IMG/VR virus record: IMGVR_UViG_2706795545_000001
Source: a virus
Strand: one strand, 5' to 3'
Length of the DNA stretch: 64,000 nucleotides
A program made the translations under genes and the position numbers. The notes under the pieces were generated by a model. It saw only the letters and a list, made by a program, of their open reading frames with translations, had not been told where the DNA came from and ran no database searches. Every line of letters begins with the position of its first letter. The stretch's first letter is position 1. Shown piece after piece: positions 8,379 through 18,955 of this stretch.

Positions 8379-8557
8379 GTTAAAATAAGGAAGAACTAAA
8401 AGATGGGGAGAGCGGGAGGGGTCGTCGTAGCGGGAAGTTGCCCCGCCTCTTCCAAGGGCGGGGTAAAATTTTAGTTGAAATAAGGAAGAACTGAAATAAA
8501 ACTAAATGGGAATACTCAACATTCCACTATATAGTTGAAATAAGTAAGAACTGAAAG
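8379..8557 (+). CRISPR. CRISPR-like mini-array: three 24-nt repeats
   Basis: GTTAAAATAAGGAAGAACTAAAAG (8379-8402), GTTGAAATAAGGAAGAACTGAAAT (8474-8497), GTTGAAATAAGTAAGAACTGAAAG (8534-8557). Intervals 71 and 36 nt. AAAAGTTTATAT promoter at 8353-8364. No cas genes in the window. Confidence 0.6.
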
Positions 8558-8611
8558 ATGTCAGCTCTAGTTATTCGTTTTTATAAAGGGTGAATTGGTA
8601 TTTTTCTCGGG

Positions 8612-9391
8612 GTGTTAAATGTGGAAAGTCCTTCCCCTTCTCCTTATACTGTCTCTAAAGAAGCAATGAACTTTCTCAATGTTTTCTTTTCAAATAAGCC
8701 GATAAAAAACGAGAAGGTTATAATAAACGCTCTTAAAAATGGGTTTGTAAGCAGTGTTATCCTTGATATATCTCCTAATGCGTTAAGCGAATTTGAGGAT
8801 ATCATAAAGAAATATTTTGATGTAGACCTTATCGACGACGAATATTACAAAACTGTAGAGCTGGGTATTATAGCGATGGTAATAACACTACTGGCTCATA
8901 GAGTAAGGTTAATTGAACTGCAAGATTTAGCCGAACCGCTAAATAAATACGCTTCTTACCTTTCATCACTAAGGTTTAAAGCACCTAAAAAGGACGTAAT
9001 GCCATTGTTAGCCCTAGGTCTTGTAACTGAAGAAGGTGGTGGGTTCTATAAGGTTACTGGTCTTGCATTGTATCTCATTAATTTTTTATTAACAGTAAAT
9101 ATGAGCATCACATTACCTAAGGCATGCCTGAAAGAGCTTATTGAAGATTTGAATAACATACTGTTGTTTCATAAATTTATGGTCGAACGTGTGACTAGCT
9201 TGCTTTATGAAGCACCTTGGTCATTGTATTCAGCGTATCACGGTTCCAGCAGTTACGATGACTTAATGGCTGAGCTTGATTTCGAAAGCATATTAAATAC
9301 GCTAAATCTATTGAGGGAAAAACTAAAACCACCGTACAAATATGAAATACCAGTAATTATGGGAGAAAGGAAACTTTCTCAATTAATTTAA
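8612..9391 (+). CDS. hypothetical protein, possible winged-helix segment
   Basis: 259-aa ORF. LLALGLVTEEGGGFYKVT resembles a wHTH wing. Confidence 0.55.
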   Translation: MLNVESPSPSPYTVSKEAMNFLNVFFSNKPIKNEKVIINALKNGFVSSVILDISPNALSEFEDIIKKYFDVDLIDDEYYKTVELGIIAMVITLLAHRVRLIELQDLAEPLNKYASYLSSLRFKAPKKDVMPLLALGLVTEEGGGFYKVTGLALYLINFLLTVNMSITLPKACLKELIEDLNNILLFHKFMVERVTSLLYEAPWSLYSAYHGSSSYDDLMAELDFESILNTLNLLREKLKPPYKYEIPVIMGERKLSQLI

Positions 9392-9406
9392 AACGGGGCG
9401 AAAAAA

Positions 9407-10288
9407 ATGAAAGTTGAACTAGTTTCTTATACAAAAGATGGAGAAAGAGTTGTTGCCATTGCTTCTAAGATGAGCAGGTCTAGAAAGGGTTGGGATTACC
9501 ACGAGAAGACAATGACGGATGAGGAAGTAGAAGTATGGATCCGTGACGCTATCATTCACGGCTATTGGTCACCACTAGAACACAGTAGTTATACCTTCTC
9601 AATAGAGGGTATAAGCAGAGTTGCCTCTCATCAGCTAGTGAGACACCGCATTGCATCATACACTCAAATGAGCCATAGGTTTGCTAAGCCCGTTGATGAG
9701 TACTACCAACCAGTAACTCCGCCTTCTGCGGAAAAGAGGAACGAGGAACTAGTTAAGAAGGCTTACGACGACGCTTACAAATACTACTACGAGCTATTAC
9801 AGAACGGTGTTCCAGAGGAAGATGCCAGATACGTCCTACCTAATGGAGTAAATACAAACATCGTTGTGACAATGAACGCCAGAGAGTTATACAACTTCTT
9901 TGCCCTAAGACTATGCTCAAGAGCACAGTGGGAAATACGTCAAGTTGCTTGGAAAATGCTAGAAGAAGTAAAGAAAGTCCATCCCCGTCTATTTAAGTAT
10001 GCTGGGGCTAATTGTATAATATTAAACAATTTAACTAGTGACAGACTGATGACTGTAGAGAACGTCCTTAACGGAATATGGAGATTTGAGATTAGCAGGT
10101 GTCCAGAAGGCGTATATCGTGATGGAATACCTAAGTGCATACTTTCCAGCATGGGTCTTGCTGACCTATATCAGTGCATTCATGACTGCAAAGTTCATTT
10201 TGGCGACCCTGGTGACGACGACAGTGGTTGCATAGCCTGGTGTAAGAAAAAGTACGCTGACGGCTTCATAGGACAAGGTGGGGCATGA
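9407..10288 (+). CDS. thyX: flavin-dependent thymidylate synthase
   Basis: [28 protein letters not shown] (ThyX RHRX7S signature), [16 protein letters not shown]. Confidence 0.95.
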   Translation: MKVELVSYTKDGERVVAIASKMSRSRKGWDYHEKTMTDEEVEVWIRDAIIHGYWSPLEHSSYTFSIEGISRVASHQLVRHRIASYTQMSHRFAKPVDEYYQPVTPPSAEKRNEELVKKAYDDAYKYYYELLQNGVPEEDARYVLPNGVNTNIVVTMNARELYNFFALRLCSRAQWEIRQVAWKMLEEVKKVHPRLFKYAGANCIILNNLTSDRLMTVENVLNGIWRFEISRCPEGVYRDGIPKCILSSMGLADLYQCIHDCKVHFGDPGDDDSGCIAWCKKKYADGFIGQGGA

Positions 10289-10947
10289 TGGTTTCAGTAG
10301 TAGATTTAATAAAAGAACATTTAGATTTTTTAAGCATAAAATATATTATAACTAGAGAAGCCGATACAGAATTCACTTTTCATCTCGATTACATCTCTAA
10401 AAACAAAGTTAATGTACTGTCAAAAATACTAAGCGAGAACGGATTTTTTGTGACTTTCAATAATAGTCAATACATAGTAATGATGGATAAAAATGGGCAA
10501 CGTGTAAGTTTTATGTTTGGTGATGATTTGCTGTATAAAATAAGGGTTTATACTACAGCAAAGCCTAAGCATTTTGCAGTAAAGGTGCATAGGTTAAGGA
10601 GTGTTAGGGTACAATATAGAGACGATATTGTTGAACACAACAACATTATAATTACATTAAAGATCTCAAAGAAAATCAAGGATTTGCTTATTTTATATTC
10701 ACGCAAAATAGGTAAAACTGCTGGCGAATTAATACGCTGTACGCTTGCTAATACTATTTTAAAAGAGTTTGATGCCGATTACGATGATAAGAAGCTTCTT
10801 GACGGTGATATTAGTGTGTTGTCGTTAAAGATAAATAAGAAGTTGTTAGAGAAGCTCGACAATTTTGCAACAAATCATAAAGTTACGAGGTCTGCAGTGG
10901 TAAGGTACATAGTGTACTTGATACTTAAAAACGCAGGAGTATTCTAA
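10285..10947 (+). CDS. protein with two C-terminal ribbon-helix-helix domains
   Basis: [27 protein letters not shown] and [29 protein letters not shown]. Confidence 0.75.
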   Translation: MMVSVVDLIKEHLDFLSIKYIITREADTEFTFHLDYISKNKVNVLSKILSENGFFVTFNNSQYIVMMDKNGQRVSFMFGDDLLYKIRVYTTAKPKHFAVKVHRLRSVRVQYRDDIVEHNNIIITLKISKKIKDLLILYSRKIGKTAGELIRCTLANTILKEFDADYDDKKLLDGDISVLSLKINKKLLEKLDNFATNHKVTRSAVVRYIVYLILKNAGVF

Positions 10948-10992
10948 CGGTTTTTTCTTCTGCAAACACAGATGTGATTTCGGGGAGAAGCC

Positions 10993-11484
10993 ATGCTCCA
11001 AAATATGTTGTTAAAAAATATAAATACCCCTCCTAAGGAGGAAATAGAGAAATTTAGGCAAATGCTGTTTTTTAAGGTAGCTGAATGCACTAAAGATAAA
11101 AATTTTGCTAAGTGTGTTATCAACAATATAATTGAGAATCTGAAGTACATAGACGTTTCTATTCTTTTATACCCACAAACAAAGCGTAAGTGTAGGATGA
11201 TAAAAGGTTTTGAAAACTCCCAGGCTGAGGTTATAAAATACGACGACGAGCCTTATTTACTCTGCACGGACGTCCTTTTAGTTTACAAGCTACCAGATAG
11301 CATAATGACGTTATTATTTACGCTTTCAGGCAACGAGATTATATCATCCTATGTAGTTTCTAATATTCCGCAATTGCCTTTAAAGATAGAGGTACCTTTT
11401 AATATAGAGGTTGTTGGGGACAACCATATATATACTGTGTATAGAAGAAACTCTTCATATGGGGTGAAAATAAATGAAGAATAA
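10993..11484 (+). CDS. hypothetical protein
   Basis: 163-aa ORF preceded by a palindrome copy (10962-10981) and GGGGAG RBS. Confidence 0.65.
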   Translation: MLQNMLLKNINTPPKEEIEKFRQMLFFKVAECTKDKNFAKCVINNIIENLKYIDVSILLYPQTKRKCRMIKGFENSQAEVIKYDDEPYLLCTDVLLVYKLPDSIMTLLFTLSGNEIISSYVVSNIPQLPLKIEVPFNIEVVGDNHIYTVYRRNSSYGVKINEE

Positions 11485-11890
11485 CGGTGTAGAATTACTC
11501 ATCATCTTGCCTAGAAATAATTGCACCATAAAGAAGAACAAGTATCTCAGCTACGTAATAAAAGATAACAAATGTTACGTTTATCTTGTCTATTCTAACA
11601 AGTATTATCTTACTACCTCTTTACCTTCTAACCTCATCTTAAACGGTAGAGAAGCTACAAAAATTTTGCACCACATGCTGAATAAGAGCGATGAGGAACT
11701 GTATAACGCTATCCTCTCGTCTGGGGATACGGCAAGTAAAAAGACTTATAGAATAAACCTTACAGTATCTCCTATAGTTGCTCCAAAGTTATTCAAACTA
11801 GCCTTCATGTTCAATGTAAAAATTTCTACAATCATCCGCATGTTAATATTATCATATTACCGTTCCACGACGATAAAGTTAGCACCTTAA
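11474..11890 (+). CDS. protein with C-terminal RHH-like domain
   Basis: YRINLTVSPIVAPKLFKLAFMFNVKISTIIRMLI. Confidence 0.55.
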   Translation: MKNNGVELLIILPRNNCTIKKNKYLSYVIKDNKCYVYLVYSNKYYLTTSLPSNLILNGREATKILHHMLNKSDEELYNAILSSGDTASKKTYRINLTVSPIVAPKLFKLAFMFNVKISTIIRMLILSYYRSTTIKLAP

Positions 11891-11935
11891 TTTTTTATGC
11901 ACTATTTTTCTCACATTTTGGATAATATTACTCCT

Positions 11936-12874
11936 TTATTTCTTTCTATAGAATATCAGGATTTTGCCATTTTTGTTAGTTAAACTAAAACCGAGTTCTT
12001 CTACTTCTTTTATAGGTGGCTTCTTATGGTATTCCATTATTATCTTCTCAAAATACTTAAGTGACTCCTTCTCATGTCTCAGTATATCGTACTCACAACC
12101 TTCACAGTCCATCTTTATCATGAACGGGTTATCTAATTCTCTAACTAAATCGCTTATCGTAACGCTCTTAACTGCGATACCTGACCCCTTCGGTCTAACA
12201 TAGACTCCTGCACTGCCTACGGCGTCATGATCCTTAATTTTCACTACACGGGATTCATAATTTATTATTGCATTCAGTATCCTTACTCTGTTGTTTAATT
12301 CGTTTAGCTTGATATTTTCTAATGCAATGTTATAAGGAGTCGGTAAAGGTTCTATTCCCAGAACTTTACTTGCACCCCATAATGCAAAGAAGATAGGCGA
12401 ATCACCTATTCCTGCACCTATATCAACTACGTCTCCTTTGATTTCTCTAAAGTCGTTATAAATTTGCTCATCAAACACCTCGTGGATAGTTTGCTCTAGG
12501 GCTAATTTTCCCTTATAATACTTAAGTAACTTGACAGAACCTAAATCTAGATTTTTATACATATAATTATCTTTAGTCTTCCATTCATGGTACTTTAGAA
12601 AACATAATATAAAACATTCAAGCGGAGTTTTACATTCTCCTTCGCAGTCTTCTATTTCTCTCGGGTACTCACGCATTTCCCTGTAGTACTCACTCAACGC
12701 TTTTAGTGCAGGTGCTGATAAATATACTGTCCTACCATTTCTTAACTCAGCCTTTGACTTTCTATTCAATATAACATTAAAAAGTACTTCTGGATAGTTT
12801 TTATATACCATAACAAATTTCCAGATATCCATTGCAGGTGAAATGGATTGCGAGTATTTAAACAGATTTCGCAC
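11936..12874 (-). CDS. FkbM-family SAM-dependent methyltransferase
   Basis: VVDIGAGIGDS..F..GASKVLGIEP, IKMDCEGCEY. Start may be the ATG at 12832. Confidence 0.85.
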   Translation of the reverse strand: MRNLFKYSQSISPAMDIWKFVMVYKNYPEVLFNVILNRKSKAELRNGRTVYLSAPALKALSEYYREMREYPREIEDCEGECKTPLECFILCFLKYHEWKTKDNYMYKNLDLGSVKLLKYYKGKLALEQTIHEVFDEQIYNDFREIKGDVVDIGAGIGDSPIFFALWGASKVLGIEPLPTPYNIALENIKLNELNNRVRILNAIINYESRVVKIKDHDAVGSAGVYVRPKGSGIAVKSVTISDLVRELDNPFMIKMDCEGCEYDILRHEKESLKYFEKIIMEYHKKPPIKEVEELGFSLTNKNGKILIFYRKK

Positions 12875-12937
12875 TTTTGCAGAACTTCAACGGGGAGGAG
12901 GTCAGTTATTATACTCTGTTTGGAGAAACGGAAAAGC

Positions 12938-13795
12938 TCACCCTAACATGTCTAATTTATTCTTCACAGTGTTAATAACATATTCTACTTGGTTTTTTAT
13001 CGAATCTGTAATATCTTTTACTACCTTATCTTCTACTTTAACGTGCTTACCATTAATGGTCACATTTTCCCCTTCAATTTCAATTTCATAATCGTTTGTC
13101 TTTATCTTTGATTGTAGGACTAAATTTATTACCTTAGATAAAATACGCCTTGAATATTTATCGATACCAATCTCAATTCTGAAAGCTTCTTTAGGTTCAT
13201 CGTTACCTTGTTTTTTGTAAATAGTGAGTGTATCTCCATAAGTGTATGAAACATTATAAATATACTCTGGAGTGTAAGCCCAATAACCGTTCAACTTAGG
13301 ATTTCTAAATTCATATTGGTAATATATAATAACTTTATCAAAATCTAACGTAAAGTGACAGGATGAGAAATTGTTCTTGACATAAGAGAGTATAGTATCG
13401 AAAAGTTTGTCTATCAAATTTATCATTTTATTGTTGTCTACTGTTATCTCTTCACCATTAATCTTTGCCTCAGAAGAAGCTTTAGTGTATGTTAAATCCA
13501 CTGAATTACCAAACTTACTTAAAATCTTCATAATCTGTTGTGAAAAATTAGAATTATCAATATTTCGATTAACCAATACAAAACTTCCCAACTCATAATC
13601 GTCCACGCTTACCTTATAACCATTTTTGTTTATAGTGAATGTAATATCTCCACCATCATATTCTAATCTAAGGAAAAGTATCTCGTCTGGAAGTACGTTG
13701 TAACGGATAACAGATGTATATAGATCATTCTTTGCTAAAAATGCATTTTTTTCCCGTATTTGTTGCTTATTTTCGTCCCAGAATTCCTGTGCCAT
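12938..13795 (-). CDS. hypothetical protein with internal repeat
   Basis: 285 aa. Two similar EI.GE..T.....K..D......VKN segments. Confidence 0.7.
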   Translation of the reverse strand: MAQEFWDENKQQIREKNAFLAKNDLYTSVIRYNVLPDEILFLRLEYDGGDITFTINKNGYKVSVDDYELGSFVLVNRNIDNSNFSQQIMKILSKFGNSVDLTYTKASSEAKINGEEITVDNNKMINLIDKLFDTILSYVKNNFSSCHFTLDFDKVIIYYQYEFRNPKLNGYWAYTPEYIYNVSYTYGDTLTIYKKQGNDEPKEAFRIEIGIDKYSRRILSKVINLVLQSKIKTNDYEIEIEGENVTINGKHVKVEDKVVKDITDSIKNQVEYVINTVKNKLDMLG

Positions 13796-13887
13796 TTTTA
13801 TACCATGTTTCTATTCTCAAACAGTTATTAAATATATATTTTTGTTATAGTATCCCAGCTTCTACGTTTAATCTTTCTGGGGGTTAA

Positions 13888-14193
13888 GGGGGCGGAAGTC
13901 CCCCTCCGTAAGGTGGGGGATGGATAGCCACCTTATAGAAACCTTTTATACTAAAAAAGAGATAATTCTTAGACCTCTGGCTGTAAGAGCTGAGGTCGTA
14001 CCCTCGGGACTGGGGGAACTTACGCCTGTGGAGAGTGACCCTCCGTAACCCCTCTTCCACACGGGGCATTACAGAACGGTTCCGTTCGATGGAACCTCCG
14101 CTGTGGGTGAAGGGGGATCGAGGTTGCTCTGAGAAGCAGGAAATCCTCACCGTGAGGTGGGGATGCCCCGTCCGTGAGGGCGGGGTAGTTCAC
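13888..14193 (+). mobile_element. non-autonomous IS200/IS605-derived element (SMN1-like MITE, about 306 bp) retaining the tnpB 3' end/omega-RNA region
   Basis: Begins after GTTAA with hairpin GGGGGCGGAAGTCCCCC. Contains a tnpB-tail-like GLGELTPVE coding remnant. Ends in hairpin GCCCCGTCCGTGAGGGCGGGG plus TAGTTCAC. No transposase. Confidence 0.7.
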
Positions 14194-14322
14194 TCATGAG
14201 CGAACATAAAATGATTGAGATGAAAGTGTATGAACAAACGGTTAGCCTAAGATAGTTAAGATTTTATACACTATTTTTCTCATATTTTGGATAATATCTC
14301 TATTATATTAGAATCAATAAAA

Positions 14323-14592
14323 TTAAAACATAATCTCTTCATTCTCTTCTTCGCTTTCATTATCATTTCCATTATTAGTAATTTCTCTAAAAGAAGAAAT
14401 GGCAGAAGAGATCTGGTTGTTTACCATTATAAAATGAGGTGCATCTATGTCCAAACACCTTATTTTTTTGTTTCCTATTTTTCTGCAGTTGAACGTAGAA
14501 ACTGAGTCGTAAATTTGATTTATAAGCGTGGGAGTATCGCTTTCTATCTCCAGAACTCTTTTTATTATATCATAACTGGTGCTTATCTTCAT
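14323..14592 (-). CDS. hypothetical protein with acidic C-terminus
   Basis: ATG directly after the conserved GGTCTCAGGTGTCAAAG leader motif. Confidence 0.6.
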   Translation of the reverse strand: MKISTSYDIIKRVLEIESDTPTLINQIYDSVSTFNCRKIGNKKIRCLDIDAPHFIMVNNQISSAISSFREITNNGNDNESEEENEEIMF

Positions 14593-14622
14593 CTTTGACA
14601 CCTGAGACCAAGCCCGCTTCCC

Positions 14623-15099
14623 CTATAGCGTGTTGGGTATAATACCCAATACCATTAATATGTATATTACTTGTGCAATTCCTACTATGCTGTCTATTAC
14701 ACCTATGAGATATATTGCTTGAGTTGCTATTGCTAACCCAGAACTGGAAATTACTGTGGTTGCCCATACCAGGAACCAGTCAAGGTTTCCAAATATTAGC
14801 GAAGCGTAAACTGCATACATGCTAGCTTGTATATAGCTTTCTACACTTGACGATAAGGATACGACGAAGGACACTATTGCACCTACTCCAGACAACGCTA
14901 CTGACACGAATGGGTTGTGAAGTATATTGAAGAGGAAATTTAGGAGAGTCATTGATGAGATTGTTGCATAAACGCTTGGTGGTATTGAGGTTTGTATGCA
15001 AGGTATTAAGTTTACTAGGATATTTATAGCAAGCCCAGCTATTGTTACGCCCTCACCAGCTAGGAAAACGCTATTTACAAGGTTATATAGTATTCCCAT
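14623..15099 (-). CDS. multi-pass membrane protein
   Basis: Several hydrophobic segments. Confidence 0.7.
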   Translation of the reverse strand: MGILYNLVNSVFLAGEGVTIAGLAINILVNLIPCIQTSIPPSVYATISSMTLLNFLFNILHNPFVSVALSGVGAIVSFVVSLSSSVESYIQASMYAVYASLIFGNLDWFLVWATTVISSSGLAIATQAIYLIGVIDSIVGIAQVIYILMVLGIIPNTL

Positions 15100-16030
15100 A
15101 TTTCTTAATAAGAAATGATGAGATTAAAAATTGAGTCAATGAATACACTCCAGGGCTTGATAATAATACCATTATATTCCTGCTAATGAAGAACGTTACT
15201 ATAAGTACAAGTATACTAATTAAAGGTAATGTAATTGAAACATTGTACTCTCTATATTTCTTATATCTTATCAACTTCTTTGCGTTATCTATAGCTAAGA
15301 AAGAGAACGCAGTAAAGAACACAGCCAAACCTAGATAGAAATAAAACGGAGTTAGTGCAACACCGATCAACATTACGCCTATTGCTAACTTCTTAGGGTT
15401 CTCATCTATTCTATTTGTAGTTTCACTCAGTTCGTTTATTGTCTTAATGCCCTTATTGAATACGAAGAATAGTGGGGAAGGGTTGAATATGCTCGCTATT
15501 ATGCACTGAGTCCTTCCTTTTATTAATCCTAATATATTATTAGGATATAGTTTTAGGTTCTCTATAAAGAAATTCTTATCAAAGCCTGGCTTAACAAATC
15601 CAGGTTTTAGAAATATGAGTCTTGCTATTACGTAAATGTAATAGCTTACAAGCAGGTTCCCAGAGATAAGCGAAAGTGAAAGTAAAATGTTGGGGATTGT
15701 GTAAAAGTACTTTAGCATACGGTCATCTGCAACGTTAACGTAAATATCCGTGAAAGTGAAAATGAACACTGCAGGGAGATAGCACAATAACGAATGAATT
15801 AACAATAACGACACAAACGAGAAAAGAGTGTAAAAATATAACATGCAGACCTTCTTCTCATATCTTAGCTTTACTGCATTCAACGGCATTAAATGTGTTG
15901 ATAATGATTCTGCAGTATTAATTATAAGTAATTCTGACAAAATATCTGGATATTTTACAAGTACAAATATGTATACGACAAAAGAAATTAACAGCACGAT
16001 TAGTTTCAACACAACAAGCTTCAATAGCAT
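15083..16030 (-). CDS. polytopic membrane protein
   Basis: 315 aa, many hydrophobic segments. Confidence 0.75.
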   Translation of the reverse strand: MLLKLVVLKLIVLLISFVVYIFVLVKYPDILSELLIINTAESLSTHLMPLNAVKLRYEKKVCMLYFYTLFSFVSLLLIHSLLCYLPAVFIFTFTDIYVNVADDRMLKYFYTIPNILLSLSLISGNLLVSYYIYVIARLIFLKPGFVKPGFDKNFFIENLKLYPNNILGLIKGRTQCIIASIFNPSPLFFVFNKGIKTINELSETTNRIDENPKKLAIGVMLIGVALTPFYFYLGLAVFFTAFSFLAIDNAKKLIRYKKYREYNVSITLPLISILVLIVTFFISRNIMVLLSSPGVYSLTQFLISSFLIKKYGNTI

Positions 16031-16209
16031 AATGAACTAACGAAATGTGTGTTTAAAAACGGATACGCTGATTGGTTGGATAAATATCGAACCATATACT
16101 AAAAATTTAGCGTCATTTTTTGAAGAAAAAGTTCGAAGTGGTATATAGTACAAAAAGTTCGAAGTTAGAACCAGCTATTGCTTAACCCCACACCAGCGAG
16201 GTTTTCTGG

Positions 16210-16611
16210 CTATTGCGTTATTACTCTAGGCAATGCAGATACAGAGTTGTTATACTCGAAGGGTAACTGAAAGGTGTTATTTACTTTGATTAACTTTGGG
16301 AGGATATATTGTGAAACAAATTGTAGCCCTGCCTGAATTGCGAATACTTCTGGGGCAACGTTAGCCATTTCACTTTCTGAAATAAATTCTGGAAGTTTAT
16401 TCACTATATCTAAAGTTACATTAACAAGTTTAGGTAACTTAGATATCGGTACAGCCTGCTCTGTTCTTTTAGTTAATTCCTCTAAAAATGTCTGGTTTAC
16501 CTCTGGTACTGCTTGCTGTATAAATGATATAGTAATTGTTTTGTATTCGTCAGGCAAGGAATTGACTATTATCGAAAAATTATTCACAGCCCTTTCAAAC
16601 AAGTTTTCCAT
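16210..16611 (-). CDS. hypothetical protein
   Basis: 133-aa helical ORF downstream of the MoxR ATPase. Confidence 0.65.
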   Translation of the reverse strand: MENLFERAVNNFSIIVNSLPDEYKTITISFIQQAVPEVNQTFLEELTKRTEQAVPISKLPKLVNVTLDIVNKLPEFISESEMANVAPEVFAIQAGLQFVSQYILPKLIKVNNTFQLPFEYNNSVSALPRVITQ

Positions 16612-16648
16612 AACAATGGCTAACAGTGCTAGAATAAAAGCGTTCCGC

Positions 16649-18280
16649 TTATGTTGAGATCTTAGTTAGGAGTTCGCCCTTTATATCTTCTAACATTCTC
16701 TTTTTAAAATCATTAATGTCAGCAGACGTAACTAAGCCAGCGTTATTAAGCATTCTTTTGAAGAGTGCTTTGCTCATATTGTCTTCAATACCGTTATTAT
16801 ATGCAACATATACGTCATAGACGTCACTGATGATTGTTGCTATGAGCGGTATTGCAGACTGTAGTTTCTTCTGTATTTCCAGCTTTTTCTGCATATCCAA
16901 CATGTTTATCATATCTTTATCATAAAGCGATACAATTTTCCTAATCAGCTTGAATACGGGTTTATTAACACCGTAAAGACCGAAGTTGAATAACTGGAAA
17001 TCGCTCAGTTTTCCTTCTTTGCTTAATATGTTAAGTAAGGTGTCAACGTGGATTATTATATCATTACTTTCTACAGTTATAACATCCTTCACATGAGTTG
17101 GGATTTTCTTAATGCTTATAAGTGCGTTAGATAAAAACCTGATTATCATTTCTGCCTCGTTCAGCATCTTATCATTAAATGTAGGTTGGACTACTTTAGG
17201 CAATAGGTCACGGATTATGTTAAGGATCTTCTTTTGCAGTATGCTTATCCCCTCCTCACGTGACTTTATATAGAGCGGGAAATATTGCTCGTCTGGAATT
17301 ATGAAAAACCACGAGATAGCCTTAGCTATGTTTACCTCATCGTAATAACCGAGCATACGCAATAACGCAAGGGTAGGCGGTAACAATTGCAACTTCCTCA
17401 TTGACGACTTTACAGGAAACAATACTTCTCTATCCCCAACATATTTTTTAAATATATCCGCAAGAGGTTTAGATAGTTCGTCAACCGTAATTTTGATTAA
17501 CCTATTTTCCCCTATTTTATCCATGTTGAACGCAGAATAGATTTTCTTAGCTATCAAAATGTCAGTTTGGTTAACTTCAGATAACGCTACTCTTGCAAGC
17601 TCTATTATTTCTTCTCTATCCAATTTAGGCTTCTTACTATTGACAGTAATTGGAATAACTTCAACATTACCGTCACCATCATCAAGTTTTCTATTTAATA
17701 TCTCAACACCCTTCTCATACACAGCTTCAAATTCATCCGAGTTCGGTGGAAAAGTAACGATAGAATACGTGAACCTATCATAAACTGCGTCAAACTTACT
17801 ATCTAAGTTAACAAAATTTGTAGCCCCGACAACAGTTAGCGTTCTCGTCTTCATTTTAGCTGTTATTTGGTCTATGAAAAATTCCCTATCAAGAAGATAT
17901 GAGAGAATTGAGTGTAGCATTATATCATTAGCCCTACCTATCTCATCTAAAAACGCTATATCAGCGTAACTTAACGATGAAGGATTTACCTCTACTTTAT
18001 TCTCCTTAATCAGCTTTATCTGGTCTATATAGTAAAGTGAAGAAGACGGAAGCATGGTAGGAGTAAGGACGAGTTCCCCATAGCTAAGGTTTAGAGTCCT
18101 GCAGAACTCCTTTACTAAAGAACTCTTTGCCGTACCAGGGTATCCTATTAATAGCATATTCGCACCTAGCTTCCCTAGTACAAGAGAAGATGTAAGTGCA
18201 AGGACGTCTTCCTCCCTGTCTACAAACTTATTCGACAAAGACAAAATTGCGTCCTTTAGTACACTCAATGAGTTCATCAA
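16649..18280 (-). CDS. MoxR/RavA-type AAA+ ATPase (bicaudavirus p618-like)
   Basis: NMLLIGYPGTAKS, AFLDEIGRA, VVGATN, AVYDRF. vWA partner at 25197. Confidence 0.85.
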   Translation of the reverse strand: MMNSLSVLKDAILSLSNKFVDREEDVLALTSSLVLGKLGANMLLIGYPGTAKSSLVKEFCRTLNLSYGELVLTPTMLPSSSLYYIDQIKLIKENKVEVNPSSLSYADIAFLDEIGRANDIMLHSILSYLLDREFFIDQITAKMKTRTLTVVGATNFVNLDSKFDAVYDRFTYSIVTFPPNSDEFEAVYEKGVEILNRKLDDGDGNVEVIPITVNSKKPKLDREEIIELARVALSEVNQTDILIAKKIYSAFNMDKIGENRLIKITVDELSKPLADIFKKYVGDREVLFPVKSSMRKLQLLPPTLALLRMLGYYDEVNIAKAISWFFIIPDEQYFPLYIKSREEGISILQKKILNIIRDLLPKVVQPTFNDKMLNEAEMIIRFLSNALISIKKIPTHVKDVITVESNDIIIHVDTLLNILSKEGKLSDFQLFNFGLYGVNKPVFKLIRKIVSLYDKDMINMLDMQKKLEIQKKLQSAIPLIATIISDVYDVYVAYNNGIEDNMSKALFKRMLNNAGLVTSADINDFKKRMLEDIKGELLTKIST

Positions 18281-18405
18281 AATGAATAATAAAAGAGGTA
18301 ATTAAAAGCAGACATACAAAGAAAGGAGTTAAGTGAGTGGAAAGCTTCGCCAGGAGATGGATAACTCCTTATATTTAAGGAGGTGTTATATTTAATAGGA
18401 CGAAA

Positions 18406-18606
18406 ATGGTGGTAGCTAACAAGTTAACCGAAGAACAGAAAAAGATCCTAGAGAGGATGCATAACAGAGTAGATTATATTATCAAAGCTTACAAGGAATA
18501 TTTAGATGCATTAGCAGAATTTGATAGAACTGGAGTATTGAAAATTCATGAGAAAGTCCTTTATGTAAGAAAATATAATAATCAAGAAAATGAGCCACCC
18601 AAATGA
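18406..18606 (+). CDS. small hypothetical protein
   Basis: 66 aa. Promoter-like TATATTTAAT and AGGA upstream. Confidence 0.65.
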   Translation: MVVANKLTEEQKKILERMHNRVDYIIKAYKEYLDALAEFDRTGVLKIHEKVLYVRKYNNQENEPPK

Positions 18607-18634
18607 GAAATGTAAGCCCGATGAGGGGAACTCC

Positions 18635-18955
18635 CTAGAGCGTTAGCTTCCCTACCCTTGCTCTATGTATTATTCTGTTTTTATATTCATTAACTAGTTT
18701 CAATATTGCATTCCTTACTACCTCTGAACGTGTAACTCCATTTTCCTCCGCAATTTTATCAATATAATCAAGAAGGTCTTTCGTAACGTAGAATATCACA
18801 ACCTTATTCTTCTTTCCTCCGTCGTCTTCGTTAATAATAGGTATTTCTTCTTTTAACGCAACCCTAAGTGCTTGACTACGTGTCATACCGTTTTCTTCAG
18901 CGTATGCGTCAAGTAGCTCCAATATATAGTCCTCAAGCTTAACTGCAAGTTTCAT
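18635..18955 (-). CDS. double ribbon-helix-helix transcription regulator
   Basis: LAVKLEDYILELLDAYAEENGMTRSQALR and VIFYVTKDLLDYIDKIAEENGVTRSEVVR. Confidence 0.85.
   Translation of the reverse strand: MKLAVKLEDYILELLDAYAEENGMTRSQALRVALKEEIPIINEDDGGKKNKVVIFYVTKDLLDYIDKIAEENGVTRSEVVRNAILKLVNEYKNRIIHRARVGKLTL

Noticed and set aside
13884-14150. 88-aa ORF
   Set aside because: Antisense reading of the non-coding MITE.
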